This document shows, piece after piece, positions 1 through 11,542 of a stretch of 64,000 nucleotides of DNA. Positions within the stretch are counted from its first letter, which is position 1; every line of letters starts with the position of its first letter. The notes below the pieces were generated by a model. That model was not told the DNA's origin and did not search any database. It was given only the letters and a program-made list of their open reading frames with translations. Position numbers and translations under genes: made by a program. The stretch is from an uncultured Solirubrobacteraceae bacterium (GTDB lineage: Bacteria > Actinomycetota > Thermoleophilia > Solirubrobacterales > Solirubrobacteraceae), in the NCBI GenBank assembly GCA_963815235.1, contig CAWFFY010000003.1, positions 1,161,478 through 1,225,477 of the forward strand, written 5' to 3'.

Positions 1-399
1 TTCGCGCAGCTCGAGGTGAGCTTCTCCCCCGCCACGCTCAACTTCCTGTCGCGGGCCGCCGAGGTGACCGCGCTCGCGGCAATTGTCGGCCTCGTGGTGT
101 ATCGCCGCCGTGCGGCGCGCGTGCCATGGGTGCTGGCCGTGCTCGCGGTCGGGGTCCTGGCTTACCTGATCATGCTGCACGCGGTCGCCTACTCCTCGCT
201 GCTGACCTTCGCCGGCGATCCGATCATCACCGGCCGCTATCTGCTGCCGCTGCTGTGTCTCTATGGCGTTGGGATCGCGCTGGCGCTGTCGTGGCTGCCG
301 CGAATCCTCGCCGCGCTGCTCAGCGGCGCTACCGTCGCGGCCCTGGCCGTGTTGCAGCTGAGCGCGCTTGCAATCGTCTTGGAGCGCTTCTATGCCTAG
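1..399 (+). CDS. Polytopic membrane protein, C-terminal part (GT-C/DUF2142-like), 5' end outside window
   Basis: Hydrophobic helices and a GRYLLPL motif near the C-terminus; frame open from the window edge; stop overlaps the next ATG at 392. Confidence 0.55.
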   Translation, partial: FAQLEVSFSPATLNFLSRAAEVTALAAIVGLVVYRRRAARVPWVLAVLAVGVLAYLIMLHAVAYSSLLTFAGDPIITGRYLLPLLCLYGVGIALALSWLPRILAALLSGATVAALAVLQLSALAIVLERFYA

Positions 400-1123
400 G
401 GCGGCATGGTGGTCGCGGCTGCGGCGCTCGTCCGGGTTGCGCGCCCTCTGGGTGAGCTCAGCTGTGCTCACGGCGCTCGGCGGCGGCGTGGTCCTGATCG
501 TGCTGCTATTCGCGTTGATCCTCCCTGCGCTGGACAGCAGCCGCCGCATCGCCACCGAGGTGCCCCAACCGCCGCCGTTGCAGTCCGTCTCACTCGTTGA
601 AATCCCGGGTGGACAGCAGGCGTGCTCCGATCAGATCGGGCTGCTGCCCGGAGCGCAGGTTGCGCAGATGCGGATCGGCACCTACGGCAAGGCGCCGGCG
701 CCGCTGCTGTTCGCGCTGAGCGCCCCCGGCTATCGCGAAACGATCCCGGTCGCGCCGAGCTACGTCGACAACGGCCTGCTCGAAGTCGCCTTCAAGGGGC
801 CGGCTCGGGTGCTGGAAGGGAGCGTCTGCCTGACCAATCTAGGCCACACGCCGGTGGCGCTGTACGCCGCCGCCGGACGCAGCGAGAGCCGCTCGACCAC
901 CACTGTCGACGGTCGCCTGTGGCCTGCCAACTTCGATCTCGCCTTCTATTCGGCCAAGCGCCAGAGCCTGCTCGACGACGCCGGCACGATCATGCGACGG
1001 CTACGCCTGTTCCACGCTCACGTCGGGCTCGGCCTGCTGTGGGTGCTCGCGCTCATGTTCGTGATCGGCGTGCCACTGGCCGCGGTGGCGACGCTCACGA
1101 GCGCGAGCAGGACCCGACCTTGA
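392..1123 (+). CDS. Hypothetical membrane protein (N- and C-terminal TM helices around an extracellular domain)
   Basis: ORF 368..1123; ATG at 392 overlaps the upstream stop; hydrophobic ends. Confidence 0.6.
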   Translation: MPRAAWWSRLRRSSGLRALWVSSAVLTALGGGVVLIVLLFALILPALDSSRRIATEVPQPPPLQSVSLVEIPGGQQACSDQIGLLPGAQVAQMRIGTYGKAPAPLLFALSAPGYRETIPVAPSYVDNGLLEVAFKGPARVLEGSVCLTNLGHTPVALYAAAGRSESRSTTTVDGRLWPANFDLAFYSAKRQSLLDDAGTIMRRLRLFHAHVGLGLLWVLALMFVIGVPLAAVATLTSASRTRP

Positions 1124-3374
1124 AGAACGCGAGCTTGGCGCTGACGACGAGGCCGCCGAACAGCGTCGCCTGGCCATCGACGGTGACAGCCAGCTTGGCG
1201 CTCGGCCCCTGCGGCGTGGCGCTCGGGAGAAGCGGGATGGTGACGACGGCTGTCTGCGCCGCGCGCAGCACGCCGCGACGAGACTCGCGTGCGCCGCTGC
1301 TGACGGTGTAGGGCCAGCTGCCGGCGAAGGCGGGGGGAGCTAGCAGCGAGAACGTCGCGCATGGGTGGCGCAGTCCGGCAAGCGCTCCGCTGAACACGGT
1401 GGCGTACGCAGTCTGAGCAGAGGTGAGGAAGCCTTCGGCGGAGGTGTAAGTGATTTCCCAGAGCGCGCGCGCGGGTTTGCTGAGGTGCTCAAGTTCGAGG
1501 GGAACGTAGCTGGCGTGCGCCACCACCTGGCCGGCGAGGACGATGCGGTTGGTTGCCTGCGCGGGAATCAACAGCCAGTCGGGCGGCGTTATCGGCGAGG
1601 TCGTGAGCGGCCCTCCGACAGCGCTGAGCAGGCCACTGCCGGGCTGGATCTTCAGGTGCACCGGTTCGGAGCCGGGTGGAAACGGCAGCGACCCGGGTGG
1701 CCCGAACGAGACGTCCTGCTCGACCGACGTGTTCCAGAACTCGGTAGAGCGCCAGATCGGAACGTAGTCGGGGGTTTCCCCGAGCCCGACCGCGAGCGCG
1801 CCAACGCGTGCGCTGGAGGGGACGTATGCATCGACCCATGAGCGCGCCGCCGCGGTCGGCCCGCCCCCTGCACCGGTCGTGAACTTGCGCAGCGCATAGG
1901 CGGTCTGCACCCCGCACAGCGCGAGTACGGCCACGCCCAAAAGAACGGCGGCGGGACGCGCGGCGCCTCGCACGCGCCACGTGATCAGCGCCCACGCCGC
2001 CATCACGACGACGAGCGCGAACGCCAGCAGCGCCCCGGCCGACGGGTGGATCAGCGGCAGCGACACCTCGCTTGCGCGCCCGAGCAGCACCTGCTTGTAG
2101 AAGATCGCGCTGGGGTAGCTGAAGTAGTCGTAGGGATTGGCGGGCGCCGGCCACACGGCGCTCGCGGTCGCCACGATCACCGCCGCGGTGCCGGCGAGCA
2201 CGCCGACCGCTGCCTTCGCGCCAAGGCGCCCGGCTCGAGCGAGCTGGCTCAGCGACGCGGCGCACGCCAGCGAGATCGGCACGGCGGAGTAGAGCACGTA
2301 GCGCTCGTCCCCTGGTGCCTGCAGCAGCGAGAGCAGGATCGCCGCGAGGCCGAGGGTGCACACGACGGCCAGCGCGTGACGCGCGCCGTCTCGAGGCTTC
2401 GCGAGCGTGGCGGCGAGCCAGGGAAGAGCGAGTGCGAGCGCGATCAGGCCGGTGCCGGTGGCCATCCGCGAGACGTATTCGCGGTAGCGATCGAGCAGAC
2501 TGAAGAGCGGTTCGAACCGGGGCAGCGTGTAGTCGCCCGTCAATGCCGCCAATCCACGGCCCGGGAGCAGGCCGAGGCTATCGAGTAGGAGCGCGAGCAC
2601 GCCCAGGGCGATGAGCGCGCTGAGAAGCCGATGGGTCGACCAGACACGCACGAGGAGCGCGCGCGGGCGGCGCCGCAGCGCGGTGCCCCGCAGGCCCCAC
2701 GTCCACTCCTGCCAGATGATCGCGAGCGGCAGGATCGGCAGCAGTGCGAGCATCGCCGTACGCGAGAACACCGCAACCGCGAGCGCGAGCACCGTGAGCG
2801 CGTCGTTGCGCAGCGAGGGTCTGGTGATCGTGTTCCAGGTGGCGTATAGGACCCACGCGTAGACCGGGTAGGCGAGGCACTCGGCCAGGTAGGAGGTCGC
2901 GACCACCGCCCACGGCACGACGATGCACAGCACCGCTGCGAAGATGCTGGCGGTGCGGGGCAGTCCGACGCGGCGGGCGAGCAAGAAGCACGGCACTGCG
3001 GTGCTGACGAACAGCAGGCACTGGACGACGTGCGCGACTTGGAACGCGCCGGGGCCGCGCGCCAGTGCGAACGGCAGCGCGAGGATGATCGGGTCCAGGC
3101 GCTGGGTGCCACGCGCGAACAGGCTGCTCAGCCAGAGCGCGCTTGGAAAGTGCGCGGCCACGTAGCGCGCGACCGTCAAATATTCTTCTTCGTCGTTCTG
3201 GAAGTTGCCGACGCGGAGCGCATAGATCACGTAGACCAATGCGATCAGGGCGACGGGCACGACGATCAGGAGCACGTCGCGGCGCGACAGTGAGACGCGG
3301 CGCGTCAGTGGCCTGGGGGCGGCTGCTTCTTGTGCGCCGGAGATCGACGGATCCTCTGTCCGCGCTGGCTGCAT
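1095..3374 (-). CDS. Large polytopic membrane protein, GT-C/PMT-like glycosyltransferase
   Basis: 759 aa; DEEEY acidic motif after TM1, many TM helices, ERY motif, soluble C-terminal domain. Confidence 0.65.
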   Translation of the reverse strand: MQPARTEDPSISGAQEAAAPRPLTRRVSLSRRDVLLIVVPVALIALVYVIYALRVGNFQNDEEEYLTVARYVAAHFPSALWLSSLFARGTQRLDPIILALPFALARGPGAFQVAHVVQCLLFVSTAVPCFLLARRVGLPRTASIFAAVLCIVVPWAVVATSYLAECLAYPVYAWVLYATWNTITRPSLRNDALTVLALAVAVFSRTAMLALLPILPLAIIWQEWTWGLRGTALRRRPRALLVRVWSTHRLLSALIALGVLALLLDSLGLLPGRGLAALTGDYTLPRFEPLFSLLDRYREYVSRMATGTGLIALALALPWLAATLAKPRDGARHALAVVCTLGLAAILLSLLQAPGDERYVLYSAVPISLACAASLSQLARAGRLGAKAAVGVLAGTAAVIVATASAVWPAPANPYDYFSYPSAIFYKQVLLGRASEVSLPLIHPSAGALLAFALVVVMAAWALITWRVRGAARPAAVLLGVAVLALCGVQTAYALRKFTTGAGGGPTAAARSWVDAYVPSSARVGALAVGLGETPDYVPIWRSTEFWNTSVEQDVSFGPPGSLPFPPGSEPVHLKIQPGSGLLSAVGGPLTTSPITPPDWLLIPAQATNRIVLAGQVVAHASYVPLELEHLSKPARALWEITYTSAEGFLTSAQTAYATVFSGALAGLRHPCATFSLLAPPAFAGSWPYTVSSGARESRRGVLRAAQTAVVTIPLLPSATPQGPSAKLAVTVDGQATLFGGLVVSAKLAFFKVGSCSRS

Positions 3375-3387
3375 GCCGGTGGGGACC

Positions 3388-4372
3388 CTACCCGCTGCGT
3401 CGGCTTCCGAGTGCCGCTACGTCCGCCAGCGCGTCGCGAACGAGCTGTGGGTAGACGTGCGAAGCGCGGAAGCGCTCAGCCTGGCTGCGGCCGGCGGCCT
3501 GCACCTGCTCGTATGCGGCGGGCGCGCGAGCGAGCTCGGCGACGAGCTCGAGCAGCGCCTGCGGGCTCTCGACCTCGCAGGTAGTCGACCCCGGGTCGCA
3601 GACCGTGGCTCGGGCTGAGCGGCTCGGAGATCACGAGATGTCCCGCGGCGAGCGCGATGCAGACGCGGTTCTCGAACGTGGGGTAGGGGTTGTTGTGCAG
3701 GTTCAGCTGCACGTCCGCGCGCCCGCAGGAACCGCATCAGCGGCTCGACCGAACAGGCCGTGGCCGATGTGCACGATCGGATGCGCGCGCTTGACCGGCG
3801 CGAGCAGCTGCTCGCGGTGCTCCGTCGAGCGCCCGATGAACAGCAGCCGTGGCGGGTGCGCGCGCTCGCGCACGTCCATGAACAGGCTGTCGGCGACCGG
3901 GATCGGTAGCGAGCGCCACACCGGCAGCACGCTCGCGGCCGTCTCGGCGATCAGCGGATCGAAGGAGACGATGCGATCGAAGTTGCCGGCGTCGACCTGT
4001 TCGAGCCACCGCATGCGGGCGCTGCAGGTCGGGATGCGTCGCGCCCCGGTCGCGCGCGGCAGCGGCTCGGTGAGGTAGCCGAGCGTGACTGCGCGCAGCG
4101 ATTCGAACAGGCCCGCGGGGATGATCTCGGGCCGGAACACGAGCACGACGTCAGGGTCGAGCTCGCGCAGCGCGGCCGAGCAGCGGCTCCGCGGGCGCGC
4201 CGGCGCGGAAGTCGAGGAACACCGGCTCGACGCCCGCCAGCGGCTGCTCGAGCGCGCACTGGCGGAAGTAGACGCTCTGCCCGACGAACGCGACGCGCAC
4301 GGGCGGCGCGGGCGCGCCCGCACGCGCATCGTCGGTGATCAGCGGGACGCTCTCGCCGGACGGCGCCGTCAC
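3388..4372 (-). CDS. Glycosyltransferase (CgeB/GT-B-like), frameshifted
   Basis: Pieces in several frames: PDVVLVFRPE, LLFIGRST, LNLHNNPYPTFENRV, LVISEPL; GTG start overlaps the wzm stop. Confidence 0.7.
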
Positions 4373-5295
4373 AGCTGCTCGGCCACCCGCGGGGCTTCGG
4401 CGGTCGAACAGCAGGAAGCCGCCGACGAGCGCCGCCGAGCGCCGATCGCCGATCGGGATCATCAGCAGGCCGTAGCCGCCGATCGCGCTGGCCGCCGTCG
4501 GATAGTCGGGCTGACGAACACGTGTCGTGCCTGCTCGAGGATCGCGGCGAAGGGGTTGGTCATCAAGCACGTGGCCGAGATTGAAGTGCCCGCCCGAGCA
4601 CGGTGATCGTCCCGAGCGTGGGGATCGCGATGAAGATGCCCGACGCGTAGAAGGTCATCTGCAGCACCACTTCCCAGATCGGGCGCACGTCGCGGTAGCG
4701 CACGTAGGCCACCGACAGGATCATGCCCAGCCCTGCGCAGAAGAGCGCCAGCGCGAGCACGAGCAGCGGCAGCTCGAGCCAGCTCAGCTGCGGCGAGCCG
4801 CCGGCGGCGAGCAGGAAGATCACGCACCGGGATCAGGTTGAGCGACAGGTTCATGCAGCGCGGTGAGCACGATCGAGAGCGGCACGGCGAGGCGCGGGAA
4901 CTCGATCTTGCGCACGAGGTTCTCGCGGTTGACCAGGCGAGCTGACGCCGCCGCCGGTCGATTCGCTGAAGAAGTTGAACAGCACGATGCCGAGCAGCAG
5001 CGACGTGGCGAAGTACGGCTCGTTGCTGCCGGACAGGAGTTTCGAGCGGCTGACGCACGAGATAGATCACGCCGAACAGCAGCAGCGGGCGCATCAGCTG
5101 CCACAGGTAGCCGAGCGCGGAGCCGAAGAACGCGAGCTTGAACTCGGTCTTGGCGAGCGCCCAGGTGAGGTGCCACAGGCGCCTCGGGTCGGAGCCCAGC
5201 GCGGAGGGGCCCTTGATCGGGCGCCCGAGTCCCGCGAGCTGGCTCGGGCTCCAATCGGCGAGCGTCTCAGGCTGCTCGGCCGTCGGCGCGCTCAT
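4369..5295 (-). CDS. wzm: ABC-2 polysaccharide exporter permease (Wzm), frameshifted
   Basis: GSALGYLWQLMRPLL, NLVRKIEFPR, YRDVRPIWEVVLQ and NPFAAILEQAR segments across frames. Confidence 0.85.
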
Positions 5296-6639
5296 CGCAC
5301 GAGCTCGGCGTCGGCGGCGTGCGGCGTGCCGCGCTCGATCACCATCTCGTAGGGGAGCTCGAGCAGCGCGTCGGTGCTCTGCGTGCCCGTGACGACGATC
5401 GAGATCATGCGCTCGCGGCGGTCGATCCAGGCGCCGCCGTGGCGCGCGACGGCGGGGGTCACGTAGTAGCGGTCTGGTGCGAGGACGTTCTCGAAGCGGA
5501 TGCGGAAGGTCACCTCCTCGCCGGCGTCGAAGCTGCCGCAGCGCGGCTCGCTCCACAGGTTGGACGCGGACAGCAGGTGGTCGCGGCGGCCGTTCTGCAG
5601 GTTGATGCCGAACAGCGGGTTCTCGACCTCGCTCGTGGAAGCGCACGCGCGCCGCGAACGTGCACGGCCGGCCAGTCTGCAGCGTCTCCGCGCGCGCCCC
5701 GTGCTCGTCCTCGAACCACGCCTCGTAGGATCTCGGCGCGCCCGTCGCCGTAGCGAATGCGCCGCCGGCTCGCGCCGGCCTCGGCGACGCCGACCATCGT
5801 CCGGCTGTGCGTCCGCGGCGGCGCCGGAGGCCGCGTGGTCGGACCGTCGCCTTCGGCCTCGGCGGCCGCCTCCTCGACCTGTCGTGCCTGCTCGGAGAAG
5901 TTGAGCTCGAGGTAGCGGTTGCCGACGTGCTCGGGATCCCCGAGCACGACCGGTCGGCCGTGCTCGAGCAGCAGCGCGCGATCGCAGAAGCGCTGGACGG
6001 CCGACATGTCGTGGGTGACGAACAGGACCGTGGCGCCGCTGTCGCGGATGCGCTCGAACTCGTCGTAGCACTTCTGCTGGAAGGAGGCGTCGCCGACGGC
6101 GAGGACCTCGTCGATCAGCAGGATCTCGGCGTCGACGTGGATCATCACCGAGAACGCGAGCCGAACGAGCATCCCGGAGGAGTAGTTCTTGATCTTCATT
6201 TCGACGAAGTCGCCGAGCTCGGCGAAGTCGATCACGCTGTCGAAGCGCTTGCGCGCCTCGCGCGGGCTGAGCCCGAGCATCGTCGCGTTCAGCAGCGCGT
6301 TGTCGCGCGCCGGCAGGTCGGGGTTGAAGCCGACGCCGAGCTCGATGAAGGTGGACATGCGCCCGTTGACGTAGATGTTGCCGCTGTCGACGCCGTAGAT
6401 GCCCGGCGAGGCACTTCAGCAGCGTCGACTTGCCCGAGCCGTTGCGGCCGACGATCCCGAAGAACTCGCCAGGCTCGACCGCGAAGGAGACGCCGCGCAG
6501 CGCGTGCAGCGTGTCCGTGACGCTGCGGCGCAGCGGGTGCAGCGCGCGCTCCTTGAGCGTGCTGACCTGCTCGCGCGGGATCTCGAAGCGCTTCTGGACG
6601 CGGTCGACGAGCGACTGGTGGCGGGGGGTTCGGTGTCAT
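5292..6639 (-). CDS. wzt: ABC polysaccharide exporter ATPase with C-terminal carbohydrate-binding domain (Wzt), frameshifted
   Basis: GRNGSGKST Walker A, YSSGMLVRLAF signature, LLIDEVLAVGD Walker B, FVTHD; C-terminal Wzt_C-like region. Confidence 0.88.
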
Positions 6640-6805
6640 CGGCTCAAGAAGGGTATCCGCGCGTTCGCCGGGCTCCGAGTGCGCTTCGCAGGGACGGCTG
6701 GCGGAAGCAGCGAAAGCCTCGAGGGAGCTTTCTAGGACGCACGTTCGTCGATGAGGCCACCGGTCCGCTTCAGCCCACCCGCGATCAGCTTCCGATGCAG
6801 CAGTC

Positions 6806-8199
6806 ATGTCATTTCGCTCACTGATCGCCACGCCGTCGGCTCCGCCTGGCGGTGCCGCTGGCGCTCAGCGCCGCGCGTTCTGGCGACGGCAGCCGTCTCC
6901 GCGGCGCCGGCTGCCGCCGTCGAAGCTGGCGTGAACATCGGCGCGAGCGCCAGCCAGATCGCCGACGCTGAAGGCGCTCGGCACCCACTGGGTGCGCATG
7001 TTCTCGAGCTGGCGCGTGATGGAGCCGACGCCGGCGCGCATCTCCCCCAGCTTGCTCGCCTCCTACGAACAGCTCTTCGCCCGCTGCCCGCCGGTACGAA
7101 AGTGATCCTCGACGTCGTCGACAGCCCGGAATGGGAGACCGGCTCGAGTGACGAACACACGCCGCCGGCGAACCCGCAGGACTACGCCGCCTTCGTCGGC
7201 GCGCTCGCGGAGCGCTTCGGGCACGCGCGTGAGCGCGTATGAGATCTGGAACGAGGAGGACTCGCCGGCGCTGGTGGACCGGCGCGCCGAACCCGCCGCC
7301 TACACGCAGCTGCTGAAGGCCGCCTACCCGGCGATCAAGGCCGCCGATCCGAGCGCCACGGTCGTGCTCGGCGGGCTCACCGGCAACGACTATCCAGTTC
7401 CTGGAAGGCGTCTACGCGGCCGGCGGCAAGGGCTACTTCGACGCTGTCGGCGTGCACACCGACACCGCGTGCAACAAACTCTCGCCCTACGAATTCCTGC
7501 GCGGGCCGGAAAACCGCCTGATCACCCGACTCGTTCCTCGCCTACCGCGAAGTGCACGCGGTGATGCTCGCCAACGGCGACGACAAGCCGATCTGGATGA
7601 CCGAGCTGAGCTGGCGCACCACCGAGCGCCGCCTGCGCGGAAGGCGCCTGGGCGGGGCAGACCGCCGAGGGCGTCAGCGAAGAACAGCAGGCGACCTACC
7701 TGCGCCAGGCCTACCACTGCCTGGCGCAGGACCCCTACGTGCAGGTGGCGCTGTGGTTCCCGCTGCAGGACGAAGGCGTGGTCACCTCGGGGCTGCTGCG
7801 CGAAAACGGCTCGCGCAAGCCGTCATTCGCGGCGATGCGCACTTTGCGCACGAAGGCGACAAGCTGACCGAACCGTGCGGCGAACTTCACCGGCCCGAAG
7901 ATCACGGTCGCCTCGCCGCGCAACCACGTCACCTACAGCGGGCCGCTGCCGATCCACGTCGCCGCGAGGAGCCCGACGGCGTCTTCCGGATCCGGCTGGA
8001 GATCGACGGCAAACTGATCCGCAACTACGACGGCCCGGGCTTCCCCACGACCCTGTTCGGCGCGCTCGACTGGCAGGGCGCCAAGCACATCCCCTACGGC
8101 TGGCACACGCTCACGTTCCTCGCCTACGACAAGCAGCACAACATCTCCCAGGCGAGCATCATGATCTACCACGCGAGGCCCCACCGCGAGCATCACTAG
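6806..8199 (+). CDS. Secreted clan GH-A glycoside hydrolase (GH39/GH5-like) with C-terminal Ig-like domain, frameshifted
   Basis: Signal peptide; YEIWNEE acid/base and PIWMTEL nucleophile motifs; YFDAVGVH; start approximate. Confidence 0.75.
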
Positions 8200-8852
8200 C
8201 GCCAGCTCCAGCAGTGGCAGCTCCAGCGCCGGGCGCTCAGCGGCGACGGCGCCCGCGACGTCGGTGAACGGCTCGAGATCGAGCACCCAGGGCTCCTCAG
8301 CGGCGGCGGGCGTGGCGCCGAATGCCAACCCCCAGGCACTTCAGCTGCGCCTCGTGGCGGGTCCACGCGCGCAGGAACTCGCGCCGGCGGATCGCCGGAT
8401 CGAGTGCTTCGAGGCGCCGTGCCTGCGCCGCGCCGAGCCAACTGCGCGCCACGGCGATCTCCTCGACCGAGCGCCGGCCGACCTCGACATCGACGCCCAC
8501 CGCACCGGCGGCGCTGAACGCGTACAGCGCGAGCTGCCCGGAGTGCGACAGGTTGAAGGACAGCTGCGGCAGCGGCGCTCACGTCGCATCAGCGTGGGCT
8601 TGCCGTGCGCGCCGGTGGCGAAGCGCAGCGAGCCCGGCTCCTGCTGCAGGTAGCGCCCGAGCAGCGCACGCAGCAGCCCGCGCGAGCGTCTCCAGAGCTC
8701 CGCCGCGTACTCGCTCAGGATGCGCTCCGCGCGCGCGCGCTCCTCGCTCGCACAGCAGCTCTCCGAGATCGTGCCGCGACGGCGTCGAGGTCGGCCCGCC
8801 ACACGTGCACGGCGCCGTCGCGAGCCGCGGACGAAGCGGGCCGGGCGCCCAT
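8196..8852 (-). CDS. 4'-phosphopantetheinyl transferase (Sfp/AcpT type), frameshifted
   Basis: GAHGKP, SFNLSHSG, VGVDVE and WTRHEAQLKCLG motifs. Confidence 0.85.
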
Positions 8853-8955
8853 GCGCTCCTCTGCGCTCGCGCGGCACCATCGCGCGCTCCAGATCTACGA
8901 CGGCACCTGCCGACGCGCCGCGCGGCTCTGCTCGCGCGGCTACCCTCTTGCGCCT

Positions 8956-9525
8956 ATGCGCGCCGTTTCCGTACACCTTGCCGGCCTCGTGGTCATCGAA
9001 CCGAGCGTCCACCCCGACGAGCGGGGCTTCTTCTGCGAGACCTACAGGCAGCGAGTGGCACGGCGAGTCGGGATCCCCGAGGACGAGCTGTTCGTCCAGG
9101 ACAACCACTCGCGCTCCACGCGCGGGGTGCTGCGCGGCATGCACTTCCACATCGGCGACGGCGTCGGCCAAGCTCGTGCGCTGCGCGCGCGGGCGCATCC
9201 TCGACGTCGCCGTCGACCTGCGCCGGGCTCGCCCACGTACGGGCAGTGGGAGGGCGTGGAGCTCGACGACGAGAGCATGCGCGAGCTGTATGTGCCGGTC
9301 GGCTTCGCGCACGGCTTCTGCGTGCTCAGCGACGTCGCCGACGTGCTCTACAAGCAGACCGCCTACTACGACCCCGCCGTCGAGCGGGGGATCGCCTGGA
9401 ACGACCCGGACATCGGCATCGAGTGGCCGCTGCCGGTCGAGGAGCTGATCGTCTCCGAGCGCGACGCCGCCGCGCCGCGGCTGAGCGAGATCGCCGACGA
9501 ACTGCCGTTCGAGTGGCATCCTTAG
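8956..9525 (+). CDS. rfbC: dTDP-4-dehydrorhamnose 3,5-epimerase
   Basis: DERGFFCETY, QDNHSRS, RGVLRGMHF, GFAHGF and IAWNDPDIGIEWP; internal compensating indels. Confidence 0.92.
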   Translation: MRAVSVHLAGLVVIEPSVHPDERGFFCETYRQRVARRVGIPEDELFVQDNHSRSTRGVLRGMHFHIGDGVGQARALRARAHPRRRRRPAPGSPTYGQWEGVELDDESMRELYVPVGFAHGFCVLSDVADVLYKQTAYYDPAVERGIAWNDPDIGIEWPLPVEELIVSERDAAAPRLSEIADELPFEWHP

Positions 9526-9531
9526 GCGGCG

Positions 9532-10605
9532 ATGGCCGGCCCGTCTGCAGCGCCTGCGCGAGCGCACCAACGGCTACACGGTCACCCCCGAGCAGTACGT
9601 GCGCTTCGCCTACGCGGCGCTGGTCGCGCTGACGCTGATCGTGCTCACGGGCGCCGCCGTGCGGCTGACCGGCTCCGGCCTGGGCTGTCCCGACCTGGCC
9701 GAAGTGCTACGGCAACGTCTACCCGCCGCTGAACACGCACGCGCTGATCGAGTTCTCCAACCGCCTGATCACCGCGCCGGTGTCGATCGCCGCGGGCCTG
9801 GCGTGGCTGGCGGCTGTGCGCCGCCGCCCCTACCGGCGCGATCTGGTGTGGCTGGGCGCGCTGCTGCCGCTGGGCGTGGTCGCGCAGGCGGTGCTCGGCG
9901 GCTTCACGGTCAAAGGCGCGCTCGACTACGGCTGGGTGATGGGCCACTTCGCGCTGTCGATGCTGATCCTCGTGGCCGCCGTGGTGCTCGTGTGGCGCGC
10001 GTCGCATGAGCCGCGAGCCAGTGCCGAGCATCGACAGCCGAGGCCGGCACGCAGGCAGCCGTCGCGAGCGACGCGGCGCGCCTCGGCCGCCACCGACCCG
10101 ACGATCGTGCGCGCGCTGCGCTGGCTGGTGGCGCTGGGCGCGCTGACGATCTTCGCGGGCACCGCCGCCACCGCCGCCGGGCCCGCACGCGGGCGGCTCG
10201 CCCGGGCAGAAGATCAACCGCCTGGACTTCGACGGGCGCGGCACGATGGACTTCGTGATCCATCGCCACGCCGAGATCGCGTTCGTGTTCAGCCTCGCGG
10301 CGGTGCTCGTGTGGTGGCTGGCGCGCCGGCGCGAGGTGCGCGCGGCGGTGCAGCGGCCGCTGACGGTGCTGTGCGTGCTGCTGGCGCTGCAGGGGGTGGT
10401 GGGGCTGGATCAGTACGAGACGCACCTGCCCACCGAGCTCGTGTGGGTGCACGTGGCGCTCGCCTGCGGCGTGCTGGCTGTGGCTCCTGTGGGCGGCGTG
10501 CGCGGCCGGCGCGCTGGCGCCGTTCAGGGCCGCGAAGCGGCGCGCAGCGGCCCGTCGGAGGCGCCGCTGCGGGCCGCCGCGCCGGTTAAGTTCCCCGGAA
10601 ATTAG
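9532..10605 (+). CDS. ctaA: Heme A synthase (COX15/CtaA family), frameshifted
   Basis: GAAVRLTGSGLGCPD, IEFSNR, QAVLGGFTV and His-bearing helices. Confidence 0.85.
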
Positions 10606-10701
10606 GGCTTCTTCGGCGCTGTTCACGGGCGCTGTCGCCGTGTCGTCGTCCTCGCCAGCGGTTAGCCTGCTCGCAGCAACGACACTCGAGAAGGGAGTGG
10701 C

Positions 10702-10977
10702 ATGACCAAGAACGAGCTGGGCGAGCAGGTCGCGGAGCGCACTGGGCTGTCCGCCAGCCAGGCACGGCAGGTGGTTGAGGCGGCGATCGAGGTGGTCTCC
10801 GACGAGCTTGCCGCCGGGGGTGAGGTCGCGCTTGCCGGCTTCGGCAAGTTCAGCGTCAGCCACCGAGCGGCCCGCCAGGGACGCAACCCGTCCACCGGCG
10901 AGACGATCAACATCGCTGCCTCCAAGGCGGCGAAGTTCTCCGCCGCGAGCGCGCTGAAGAAGCGCCTCAACGGCTGA
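10702..10977 (+). CDS. hup: DNA-binding protein HU
   Basis: MTKNEL...GFGKFSV.HRAARQGRNPSTGETI; GGGAG RBS upstream. Confidence 0.96.
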   Translation: MTKNELGEQVAERTGLSASQARQVVEAAIEVVSDELAAGGEVALAGFGKFSVSHRAARQGRNPSTGETINIAASKAAKFSAASALKKRLNG

Positions 10978-10989
10978 GCTCGGGCGGGT

Positions 10990-11029
10990 CGCAGGGATCA
11001 TGGGCTCTCGGAGGCCGGTGATCCCTGCG
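10990..11029 (+). terminator. Hairpin after hup, probable intrinsic terminator
   Basis: CGCAGGGATCA / TGATCCCTGCG inverted repeat with an inner stem. Confidence 0.7.
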
Positions 11030-11170
11030 GGTCGACCGTGGCGGTGCCCGGCGCCGAGCTGGTCGCCGTCAGCTGCACGTCAATCCTTACGACTCGGTAA
11101 CCCGTCGTTTAGGCGGCAGGAGGAAGCTCGCTGCGCGACTGCCCTCCTCTCGAAAGCTGGTGATGGTCGC

Positions 11171-11542
11171 ATGAGACAGGCTGACTCCACGACCGACGCG
11201 GTCGCCGCGCGAGCGCTACGCTCGCTGGCGAGCTTCTACAACGCCGACGAGCGCCGCCTGCGCTCGCGCGAGCACGACGTCGGGCTGTGGTGGCGCGAGG
11301 GCCTGACGGGCCGCTGCACCGTGCGGCGTGGGTCAGCGACACGGGCGAGCTGTACCTGGTGCGTCTGGGGCCGCCGCCGAGGGCGGCGGCCGCGTGGAGG
11401 TGCTGGCGACGCGTTCGCAGAGCAGCTGAGGTGCTGCGAGTGCGGATGCTGCGCCGGCTGGCGTGAGCGCTGCGGCGAGCCGCTGGTCGCTCGCGTGGCT
11501 GCGCGAGCGCGCGTCGCTCACGCCCCGCGTGAGCGCGGATAG
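11171..11542 (+). CDS. Hypothetical protein, frameshifted
   Basis: FYNADERRLRSREHDVGLWWR then AAWVSDTGELYLVR in another frame; ends approximate. Confidence 0.5.
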   Translation: MRQADSTTDAVAARALRSLASFYNADERRLRSREHDVGLWWREGLTGRCTVRRGSATRASCTWCVWGRRRGRRPRGGAGDAFAEQLRCCECGCCAGWRERCGEPLVARVAARARVAHAPRERG

